NCBI RefSeq assembly: GCF_001194135.2
Contig: NC_069004.1
Location: 3,793,265-3,830,721, forward strand
Reading direction: 5' to 3'
Origin: Octopus bimaculoides
Taxonomy: Eukaryota
DNA length: 37,457 bases
In this document: positions 25,097 through 35,348 of the stretch, one piece after another
Layout: every line of letters begins with the position of its first letter
Numbering within the stretch: the stretch's first letter is position 1
Position numbers and translations under genes: made by a program
The notes under the pieces: model-generated
Databases searched by the model: none
Told to the model about the DNA's origin: nothing
What the model saw: only the letters and a program-made list of their open reading frames with translations

Positions 25097-25397
25097 ATTA
25101 TTTACATTTGACGGACATCTGTCCCCATCTTGTTTGTTGTTAATGCAACGTTTCGGCTGATATACCTTCCAGAAGTGGTTAAGAGCGCGGGCTACTAACC
25201 CCAAGATTCCGAGTTCGATTCCAGACAGGCGCCTGAATAATATTAATAATAATAACATCCAAAAATACCTTAGGAATGAGAACCCAGGTTCGAAAATTCC
25301 CCCCAAGACACCTGAGGAAGGCTGGAGGCTGTATCAGCCGAAACGTTGTGTTAACATCAAACAGGATGAGGACAAATATCCGTCAAATGTAAATAAT
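25097..25397 (+). mobile_element. tRNA-headed element with Penelope-like tail and inverted terminal copy
   Basis: tRNA-like segment at 25173-25232 (agtggttaa, B-box gagttcgattcc), an (AAT) linker and a hammerhead motif. The 76-bp arms 25097-25172 and 25322-25397 are inverted with 66/76 identity. Confidence 0.7.
25307..25352 (+). ncRNA. Minimal type-I hammerhead ribozyme motif of the Penelope-like-element type
   Basis: GACAC-CUGAGGA-A-GGCUG(10-nt loop)CAGCC-GAAAC-GUU-GUGUU: stem I GACAC/GUGUU, stem II GGCUG/CAGCC, palindromic ACGU stem III, predicted cleavage after U25347. Confidence 0.65.
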
Positions 25398-25795
25398 ATA
25401 TATATACACACATTATATACATACTGTATTATTTTTTTTTTTTATGTAGCTTGGGCAAGTCTGTTAGTCCCAGGTCAGACGTAATTGAACAGATCTTATG
25501 ATCAGAGGTTTTCCAGCTGTGAGCATCCGATCTTTTTATCGTGTTCAAGGACCCTCGGCCCGCAACACCCCATGTGTCGTACACCATCCATCACCATTTG
25601 ATTTAGCTGCCATTTGTATTATAAGACGGATCATGCTAAAAGGCCTGCTCCTCGTTGGTTCGAGAGGTGGCGTTGCTGTTTAATGTCGTGGTATATAATG
25701 ATAATGTGTTGTGGTTAGATCTTGTATTTTTAGTGTTCCATGATGTGGCGGAGCTTGGTTGTTTGTTCGGCATTGTTATCCCCGATTCTATATAC

Positions 25796-25842
25796 TTGTG
25801 GTCAATGGCAATCCACCGCTTTGATCCCGTTTTCTTAAGATC
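25796..25842 (-). CDS. Putative coding exon (47 nt), DLKKTGSKRWIAIDH(K)
   Basis: Acceptor gttaacgacatcttag|GAT, donor CAA|gtatat. Phase 0 to 2, consistent with both neighbours. Confidence 0.55.
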
Positions 25843-25984
25843 CTAAGATGTCGTTAACATCAATGTTCCAGGCGCCATTTTTGTTTTAAGACGGCAGCAT
25901 GTAATATGAAGGAGATATTTCGTTTTATCTTTCTAGTACGTAAATCGAAGGTGTCGTGTTTTCGCTCGTTACGTCATCGTGTGA

Positions 25985-26295
25985 AGGCGCATAGCTTAGT
26001 GGTTAGGGTAGTCGGCTCAGGATCGTAGGGTCGGGAGTTCGATTCTCGGCGGAGAATTGTGTCCTTGAATAAAACTCTTTTATTTCACGTCGCTCCCGTC
26101 CGCTCATGCTGGCAAAAATGAGTTGAGTTGTACCTGTAATTTAAAGGGTTAGCTTTTCCACACTACGAGTCATGCTGAATTTCTCAGTACGCGTGTCTGT
26201 GGAGTGCTCAGCCACTTGCACGTTAATTTCACGATCAGGCTGTTCCATTGATCGGATCAACTGGAGCCCTCGTCGTCGTAACCGACGGAATGTCA
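25985..26295 (+). mobile_element. tRNA-derived SINE, family A, near full length
   Basis: A-box tagcttagtggttag, B-box gagttcgattc, with the same central and 3' domains as 8259-8568. Confidence 0.8.
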
Positions 26296-26967
26296 GTTTT
26301 TACCTCATCCCATAAAATATGGAGTCACGTTACGTAACTAGGTTTGCGGGTCTTATTTCTCATTGGTTAATATTTTTGCCATTGTGGTTTGCTATACTCC
26401 ACATTATGGTCAGAGTATATACTGTCAATAAGTAAAAATTCACATGTAATTTAGAGAAATTATTTCATCTATTTTTATACGACGGGTTTTAATTTGAACC
26501 TGTTGGTTAAGGTATATATGTCTGCCGTGGGTTAAAGTTTTTCCCACCCATTTCTCAATCTTTATAGGTCATTTTCATTGGCGAACAAAACTTGTTTCGT
26601 TCCATTTTTCACTGTTGCTCATTTTGTGCATTCTCTCTCTTTCTTCCCCCCCCCCCAATCCTCTGTCCCCTCCTCTAATCTTTTTCATCTCGCTTTAGTT
26701 GAGAGCATCGAATAATTAGCGTTAGTGTAACTGTTCCGTCTCTACGCTCTGCATTCGAACCCCTTGTATAGATTAACTCAGTCTTCCATTCTTTCGGGGT
26801 TGCTAGAGCACCAGACTCGTACTGCAAATAATTTATTTCTCATTCTCTTATTCTTTTTTCTTATTCTTTTTTCTTTCTCTCTATATGTCTTTTTCTCTTT
26901 TTGGAGAAAATCGGTTGCAGGTCGGACCCCCAGAAAGTGGGATAGGCTCCACCTGGTCTTAACATAC

Positions 26968-27007
26968 ACTCGACATGTCATGTGTCACGGCGACGCTCCT
27001 ACGACTC
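26968..27007 (-). CDS. Putative coding exon (40 nt), (R)SRRSVAVTHDMSS
   Basis: Strong acceptor cctttaatttgcttatag|G and consensus-like donor AGT|gtatgt. Phase 2 to 0. Confidence 0.65.
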
Positions 27008-27740
27008 CTATAAGCAAATTAAAGGATGTGTTCTCTCTCTCACAGGAAAATGAACTGGAATTTGAATGTAGTTGAGAACAGCATAAATTATCTCCACCTC
27101 TAGAAGATGTATCTTAACTGCCAAATGCCAGTTAACATTAAATTCCAGGGCGACGATCTTTAGATCCAAAATCGAAGTTTCGAAGTTGACATGGCATTAG
27201 GGAAAAAGGACAGATTCATTGTCTGGAGATAAGAGGACATGTTCGTACTTCAATAGGCGTCATCGCCGCAATTGCTCTACGTTTAGGACGTTGGTAATTT
27301 TCATAATTCAGTTAAAATGAGATACTTTCAGCATTTCATTCCATGTATAGTATATGTGCAAACGTGCTGGTTTATGTATGTTCACGAGCTTACATTTTCT
27401 GATTAATATTTAATCAGAGGTGCCGCCACCTCTCGCAAAATTGTTCAAGATAGCAACGGCCATTTTCTAAAAGGCCTCAAGATCCTTTTCTCTCTCCCTT
27501 TCTGCCTTTCTTTCCTTCCCCTCTCCCCCTCCGCTCCGTCCCTCTCATGCTTGTGTTCTAAATCTTTATTTTTATGACTTTCACGTGACCTCTACTTGTC
27601 TCCTTTTTTTTTTGAGATAAAATAAACCAGAGCGAACACACACTCACACTCGTCTATTGATATTCTTGTTGCCGATCTACAAACAAACCGGGGACTGTTT
27701 TTTTTTCACCTGTAGGTGTCAGGCTGAAAAAAAATACAAC

Positions 27741-27783
27741 TGACGTCATAAATGACTTTAAAAAGAAAAGACAAATGACGTCA
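27741..27783. promoter_or_regulatory. Two perfect CRE palindromes (TGACGTCA), 35 bp apart
   Basis: TGACGTCA at 27741-27748 and 27776-27783, both followed by TA, plus a variant TACGTCA at 27822-27828. Function is unproven. Confidence 0.4.
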
Positions 27784-28520
27784 TACGACTGGCTCCTTTA
27801 ACTGATATGTAATGTCATAACTACGTCAATCAATGACTGGCCAAGTTATTTTTGTTTTACCTCAAGGAAGTTTCCGCCATAACGTGGCACTCCTGGTTTA
27901 GGACGAATGTTACTGTTATTTAGTCCCAGGAAACATCGTCTCCAGCTGGCTATACGGCACAATGTGTCCTTATACTTTCGGACAAAGGGGCTTGGCATCC
28001 TGTATAAATCACTGTGCGTTTGTCCAACTGCTGTTGCTTTACATTCTATTTTATTTTGTTTATATCTTCATGACTTAGTGGTTCAGAAAAAATAGACCAA
28101 TAGAATTAATATCAGGCTTGTAAAATATAAGTACCTGGGGTGGGCTGCTCTGAGTAAAAAAAAAAAAAAAAAAAAAAAAAACTTTTGGTGGTGATCAGTA
28201 TTATAATTAAAATTATTCATCCTCCAAATCCTGTGTGTGTGTTATTCCATTCGCTGGGTTGCTTAAAGACAAGCAGGTGGTTGGTGTCTTTTTGACTTTT
28301 AAGAACAGCTCAGAAAGACAAAATAAAACAGGTATCTCTCTATCTCCACGCTTTCCCATTCCACTTGCTCTTCCCACCCTCTCTCTCAGACACACACACA
28401 ATATGGCCGTCTTGCTGTCTCCTGAATGATAGTGAAATCCTTTGAATTAGGTCACGATATGAATGAATGCTGTTTCACTCCCCTCTCCACGGTACAGCGT
28501 CCTTATGTCCTTTTCTAAAC

Positions 28521-28557
<37 letters not shown>

Positions 28558-29215
28558 CTGTTGTTATTATCTCGGTAAATTCACATAGAACTAGTGAAGC
28601 AGGTATAATGTTATGGCTGGCTGTTGTTATTTTGTTATTTCTTTATTTTTTATTCACTGGTAACACAATATAATTTATTCATGTAATTTACAAAAAAAAA
28701 AAATGCTTTCAATATATTTCATTTCTAAATCCTGAACTACTCGGGTGAAAATTTAGGTGTGGTTAGTTACCTAATTTCCAGATCACATTCTCTGCCCCCC
28801 CCTCTCTCTGTGCTGCACACACAACACCGGCCACTACACACTTTCATTCTCTTAGTAGTGATATATATACATATGAAAAACCTATATATATATANNNNNN
28901 NNNNNNNNNNNNNNNNNNNNNNNNNNNNNNNNNNNNNNNNNNNNNNNNNNNNNNNNNNNNNNNNNNNNNNNNNNNNNNNNNNNNNNNNNNNNNNNNNNNN
29001 NNNNNNNNNNNNNNNNNNNNNNNNNNNNNNNNNNNNNNNNNNNNNNNNNNNNNNNNNNNNNNNNNNNNNNNNNNNNNNNNNNNNNNNNNNNNNNNNNNNN
29101 NNNNNNNNNNNNNNNNNNNNNNNNNNNNNNNNNNNNNNNNNNNNNNNNNNNNNNNNNNNNNNNNNNNNNNNNNNNNNNNNNNNNNNNNNNNNNNNNNNNN
29201 NNNNNNNNNNNNNNN

Positions 29216-29246
<31 letters not shown>

Positions 29247-29251
<5 letters not shown>

Positions 29252-29545
29252 TGTGTGGTAAGAAGCTTGTTTCCAAACCACATGGTTCCGGGTTCAGTCT
29301 CACTGCGTGGCACCTTGGTCAAATGTCTTCCACTATAGCTTAAGGCCGACCAAAGCCTTGTGAATAGATTCGGTTGACGGAAACTGAAATAAGCCTGTCA
29401 TATGTGTGTGTGTTTGTCCCACTATCACCATTGCTTGACAACCGGTGCTGGTGTGTTTATGTCTCTGCAATTTTGTGCAGTTGGGCAAAAGAGAGCGATA
29501 GAATAAGTACGTGACTTAACAAGAGAATAAGTTCTGGGGTTGATT
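29247..29545 (+). mobile_element. tRNA-derived SINE, family B, starting in (AT)n
   Basis: ggctgtgtggtaagaagcttg...ggttccgggttcagt...gacggaaactgaaa...gatagaataagtac. Homologous copies at 30125-30420, 32316-32520 and 9120-9230; degraded copies near 1905-2060, 9350-9500 and 31140-31260. Confidence 0.8.
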
Positions 29546-30124
29546 ATGGTACCGCCTCACTATAGGGAACACTTCTTCCACTTGAAGTAACGGAATAGTA
29601 CTTGAGGAATCATATTCCAATTTAGTCATGAGGCGAGGGGTTTTGAGGGGACAAGGCTCGGTTTTCGATCATCTCCCATCCATTTGTGTGTACGTGTATT
29701 GTCGTTCGAATAATCGGTAGCGGGAAACTCGGGTTTCCGAGAATTTCATTTTCGTTCAGCCTTTAATAAATTATAAATAAATAGGCCTTATTTCGTATTC
29801 AGTTCAAACGTTCACCATGAATTCACACCTGTGCGTAGCGCACGAACACAAACCCCATACATTCACGCATGGCGGACTTCCTTACAGTTTCCGTTATCAC
29901 ATTTCACTCGTAAAATATTGATCAATATTGATCTCTCTATGGCTCCGTATATAAAATAGACTAATTAAAAATAGACAACCAATCACAGCCCATCATTGTA
30001 AGTATTAATATTTCGATTAATTTCAAAATATTTAGAACAATAGTTGAAATTTTCAATATCTGATAAAAGAAAAAAGAAGAAAAAAATCGTCGTCTGAGAA
30101 AAGAAACGTAAATAAATAATATAG

Positions 30125-30420
30125 GCGTAGGCGTAGGCGTGGCTGCTTCCTAACCACATGGTTCCGGGTTCAATCCCACTGTGTGGCACCTTGGGCAAGT
30201 GTCTTCTGCTATAGTTTCGGGCCAACCAAAGCCTTGTGAGTGGATTTGGTAGACGGAAACTGAAAGAAGCCCGTCGTATATATATATGTGTGTTTGTGTT
30301 TGTCACTCCACCATCGCTTGACAACCGATGTTATTGTGTTTACGTCCCCGTAACTTAGCGATTCGGCACAAGAGACCGAGAGAATAAGCACTAGGCTTAC
30401 AAACGGATAAGTCGATTTGA
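30125..30420 (+). mobile_element. SINE family B copy
   Basis: ggcgtggctg...ggttccgggttcaatcccactgtgtggcaccttgggcaagtgtc...gtagacggaaactgaaagaagcccgtcg...; the head has a short deletion. Confidence 0.8.
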
Positions 30421-30892
30421 AAACCCGCAAATTTTATTTACGACTGTGTTTTAATTCAATGCATGCGTATTTCTATTTTTCTCTGGTCGAAAAGATTTGT
30501 TGCGGCGCCGTCTAGATTATATAAACAGATTTATCCTCTCATCCTCTAGTATTTCGTTTCTGAAAACCCAATCACACATACCTAATTAATCTATTAATTT
30601 AGTTTATTAATCAAAGTCAATTAAAAACAGTAACAGCGAAAGAGAAAATGCTTAGATGTCTGTGTTGTTGGGCCACTGCCTTGAATGAGGTTTTGTCGAG
30701 CAAATCGACCCCAGAACGTGTTTTTTAAAGTCTGTTACTTATTATTCCATCGATCTCTTTTGAGAAACCGTTATGTTACTAGGACGTAAATAAACCAACA
30801 TTCGTTATCAAGTGGTGCAGGGTGACAAACACCTACCATATATATAATAGTTGTCTATTAGTTGATCCTCGGATGTCCAAGGGAAAACAATA

Positions 30893-31110
30893 TACGAGGG
30901 GGTGCTGTAAAGTTCTTGGCTTTGGGTAAAAGAAAATACAGGAGGCTCAGTTAATTATGATTTTATCCAACATGTTCCCCTCTCAGGAATATTCACCCAC
31001 TTATTGCAGTGGTCTTTCAGTTTTTCTAAGCCCTATAAAAGAACTCGGACGGTTCGACCTTCAACCATGCCTTTCGCGATACCCTTAAAATCAGGAACTT
31101 TCCCTGTATA
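30893..31110 (-). mobile_element. Second copy of the mariner-type MITE, opposite orientation
   Basis: Begins TA-CGAGGGGGTGCTGTAAAGTTCTTGG (TA target plus TIR). The interior is the reverse complement of 725-888. The other end is degraded (caggaactttccctgtata). Confidence 0.7.
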
Positions 31111-32315
31111 CATGTGTGTACATACACACGACTGTCTTCCACACAGTTTCTGTCTATCGAATTCACTCATAAGGCTTTGGTCGACCCTTGCCCAAGCTGC
31201 TACGCACATGAATCGAACCCGGGATGTAGTGATTGCTGAAAGAATTACTTAACTATATGTCCATGTGATCTTTCCTCGTTGCTCAAAAGAAAAATAATGC
31301 TCATACCAGGCCTGTTATGATCCCCTAGGGCTTATCATGGCTGGAAATAAATCCAGTTTCTGTGGGATATAAGTGAGTGATATTATAACACTCCTACCTG
31401 GGTGGCACGCCAGTTCTTTGCAGGAATAACTTCCCATCAATTGCTGGAGCTCATTTACAGCCAAAGAGACTGAACAACAGTTGTTTTGCTTAACAAATGG
31501 CGGCGGAGGGGCATTGCCCCACCTGTTCCGGGAATCGATTCGGGGGTCACCGATCATATGACCGTCAGTACAACACCCTAACCACCAGACCACACACCTC
31601 TCTCACACACCCACAGAAGAAAAAAATTCAAATAAAAACATTTCATTTTGTGAGCTTCACTGAAAAAAAGCTATTTGCTCCCAACGCAGTGTGTAAAGAT
31701 TGCAGCATTCTAATTAAGTATTCCATCAATTAGTGTGTTAATTAAATATTCAGACAAACACTAATTTACCTGTAAATATTCTTCCGGTTCAGAAACAGCA
31801 TAAAATTAACAGCTTTTTCAATAAATCTTTAATTAAACAATTATTTTGTTTTTCAAAACACCTCACCTAGGATTGAATGTAGAATGTATTTTCATTGACT
31901 TAAAACAGTGCTGTCGATACAAAGTTTTAATGTGTGCACGTATCCGTGCATCATGGCTGAATGGTTTAGAAGTTAGTCTTGCGTCCACGAGGTCCCAGAT
32001 TCGACCCTACTGTGCGGCATGTTGAAAGGAAAGGTGACATTGTCGAATGGAGAGTTCCTGGAGCTCAAAGGTACAGCCTTTTTGTACTCAGTGCAATATT
32101 GATTCTGCGTCCGAATCACTTTACAATGCGTTTCTCTGAATTCAAAGACCGGAATTTAGCTGACCTAACAAGTATATCTTGTCCTCAAACGACATAGATC
32201 CACCCTCATACGTACATTCTTTCTCCCGCGCGCGTGGTCATGCTGGGGCAACGTCTTAACGAATTTTTAGTCGAATGAATCGTGCTTATCTTTTAAGCCT
32301 GATACTTATTTTGTC

Positions 32316-32513
32316 AGGCGGCAGTGGAGGACAAACACAGACACATAGAATATATATATATATATACACGACAGGTTTCTTTCAGTTTCCGTCTACGAAA
32401 TCCACTCCCAAGGCTCTAGTCGGCCCGGGGCACTTGTCCAAGGTACCACGCAGTGAATCTGAACCCGGAACCATTTGGTTGGGAAGCAAGCTTCTTATCA
32501 TACAGCCACGCCT

Positions 32514-32520
<7 letters not shown>
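32316..32520 (-). mobile_element. SINE family B copy, reverse orientation
   Basis: Its reverse complement aligns by eye to 29247-29440 and 30135-30310. Confidence 0.8.
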
Positions 32521-32552
<32 letters not shown>

Positions 32553-34908
32553 GCAGGCGTAGCTACGTTGTAAGAAATTTGATTCTCAACCACAGCGATC
32601 GCTTATTCATTTAGATCGATATTGTGGAGTTCTTTCTACCTATCGATCTCTAGAAGTCATCTCCTGTGTCTTACTATAGCCCCAAAATCTTGGAATGGAT
32701 TTCGTTGATTCATTGAATCCATAGTGTTCATTATTATATCGCAAAAAGCGGCCAGTTTTGCAGAATCTTTAGCACGTCGAACAAATGGCGTAGCGGAATT
32801 TCTTCCAGATGTACTTCGTAAGTTCAAATCCATCCTGGATCAACTTTGCCTATCATTCTTTCGGATAAGATAAGTACTGAAGTTCTGGCGCCTGTCGATG
32901 TATTGGACAAACGCTCTACATCGAAACTGCTGGCTTTATGCCCAACTTTGAAATAATTATAAATATATTGATGTTGGGTCGGTAACATGGCAGCGATGTG
33001 CGCATTTTACAAAACTGTGAAGCTTGAAGTAGATGGCTTTTCGGAATCAATGGAAAAAATCTCTGCGATATATTGAACTGCATGAACAAACAAATCATTT
33101 TTGCAGTATCCAACATTTAAGGTTTACAAGAATAACTTTGTTTTATGCAATATCAAAAAATAGGTTAATTAACCACAAGGAAACAGAACAGACTATAGTA
33201 ACTAAAAACAATAGATTCAATAACAAAAATAATGAAACTATTTAGTAATTCGATATGGATTACTGTAGCGTTCTTATTAAGTTGGTTAAGAGTATCCAAG
33301 ATGGGTCGATGGCTTATTCATTTAGATCGATATTGTGGAGTTCTTCCTATCTATCGATCTGTAGAAGTCAACTCCCGCAAGCTCTACAGGTACGTAAAGA
33401 AAAAATAAAATGTATACAGCCATTGCCGATCGTCAATATAATAGTGAACAGGAAGAATTCAATAAAATCCGAGGGTATATTTTTGCTTTCTGTGATCGGG
33501 CGGAAATACGATCTTTATTGTTTATTGATATTATATTCACATTAAGAAATAAGAGTAAAATACACCATTCAATGAATGTAAGACTATAGAGAGATGACGG
33601 CCTTGCCTTATCCCATAATATGAAAGAACACAACATGGAAAAGCATGTATATTAAGACAGTTTAACTTAAAAATTGCTGTAAACACTAACCTGAAAATAG
33701 CAAAGTTTCTTCACTTAACATTACAGGTGGTTTTACCTATATCATAAACCATACGTAAAAACATATATATATATATTGTGAGTGTGTATGTGTAAACATT
33801 CTAATAGCTCTGTTATTATAAACACATCACAAAAGAGATCAATGGATCCGTTTCTTACATATTACCAGGCAAATGTATAAGTTGCCGGCATTTTAATAAA
33901 GCATTAAGTGAAAATGTATTCAACCTCAAGGTAAAGTATACAGAAAAATTCCTGTTTACCACAGCAATGAAACGGGAAAATAATATGGTTTAATCCACCA
34001 TGCATAATTGTGTGTTTGGTTAAGTTTTATACGTAACATTGTTACAGAGAATCCTGAACACCCCCACGTTACTGAAGGTGGACTAAGAAGTGAGTGAATT
34101 GTCAAGGGGGAAGTTCGACCGTTTTTGTTAAACCACCTCACGTCGAACTGACACAGTAAACCGTCGGTAGTTGAACAATAAATACTGAGTATCGTGCCTA
34201 CGTTCGAGTAGTACGGAGTGCATTCTGCGATAGGTTATTTTTAGAGAACCACAACCAAGTATTTATTTGTGTAATGTCATTTCACGCCAGACGTGTATAC
34301 TCACGTCATAGCAAAAACTGATATTAAAGTCTCAAAGTTTCAAATATTATGCAGTTATCGCAATATGCATGTAGACATCCAGCTAATTGTTGGTTTGGTA
34401 ATATATGCTAGATAGCCGATGCAGTGACCCGATGTTGAAGCTATCGATTGTATGGGATGAAAGAACATATCGAATACCCCTAGATTCATCCAGGGATTGA
34501 TATATAAATTACATCTCAGTACAGGTGAAAAGACAACTCCAGTTCACTATCAAAGTGCATTTTATCGTCGAGGAGTAGAGGGCTCTGAATAGTGAAATCA
34601 AACAATGGCTGCGGTGCTAATACTTGCAATTTATGTGCAATCTAAGCTATAGCTCTGGAGCTGCTGACCAGTATTTCGAACAAGACGAACGAAACAGTCT
34701 CTCCTAGGTTGCATCGCAAGAAAAATTCACATTACTATCTTGGAACAACTCTATTCTGGAGAACACTTACTACCAGAAAACTCGACGCTTCTAAGGTGTG
34801 TGTGTAGTGCGCATGCGTGTATATATGTGTGCGCATATATACAGTATAAAAGCAATCCAGAATCCTTGTCCGGTACCGGATCAATCCCCAAATCTACTCA
34901 GTTCGTAC

Positions 34909-34966
34909 CTGTCACGAGGCCAAATATCTCTGAAGGTTTCATCCGAATCCATCCATCTTGAGATAT
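34909..34966 (-). CDS. Putative coding exon (58 nt), (D)ISRWMDSDETFRDIWPRD(R); may contain the start Met (34952-34950)
   Basis: Acceptor tgtttgtttgtttgtccgtggacaag|AT, donor CAG|gtacga. Ends in phase 2, in frame with the exon at 26968-27007. Confidence 0.55.
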
Positions 34967-35309
34967 CTTGTCCACGGACAAACAAACAAACACAACTGAA
35001 AACAATACCTCCTCCTTCGCTAAGGCAGAGGAAATAAACACAGCAGTCTACAATCGAAGTAGTTCACGGTTTGGTTTAACGTTCAATTAACATATTTCTT
35101 CAGTCCCTGAATATCGTGGTTCAATAGAAAATAAGGCATTCGATAACTAACGATTTCTAGGGAGCGTAAATGAAAGTCTAAATATCAATTTAAGTATCAT
35201 ACTTAAACCATACACTGTTGAAAGCCTGCTAAACTGCAGTATTTGTCTCGAGAAAGCATGTGTTATTGACGCATACTTTTACCTCTTAGAAACCGAAATG
35301 GCGGCCTAC

Positions 35310-35348
35310 CAGTACTCCACGTGTCTTCATTTTTCACCATTTTGTGCC
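35310..35348 (-). CDS. Very tentative upstream exon, (H)KMVKNEDTWST(D)
   Basis: cacaacacaag|GG ... ACTG|gtaggc. Ends in phase 1 as the next exon requires and has an ATG at 35340, but both splice sites are weak. Confidence 0.15.

Noticed and set aside
25985-26060. tRNA gene-like A and B boxes here and at 8259, 25173, 29247, 31505 and 36832
   Set aside because: Cloverleafs are incomplete and each continues into a repeated body, so they are SINE heads, not tRNA genes.
25636-27477. Inverted 12-mer CGAGAGGTGGCG (25661 and 27424) and direct 11-mer CTAAAAGGCCT bracketing two exons
   Set aside because: Matches this short are expected many times in 37 kb, and the mixed orientation fits no single mechanism.
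13609-29343. ORFs spanning assembly gaps (13609, 17657, 20363, 21687, 28759 and others)
   Set aside because: They are open only because N codons contain no stops.
34770-34790. 20-nt segment ending in a perfect GTAAGT donor on the minus strand
   Set aside because: The acceptor is weak, and including it breaks the frame or creates a stop with the neighbouring exons.
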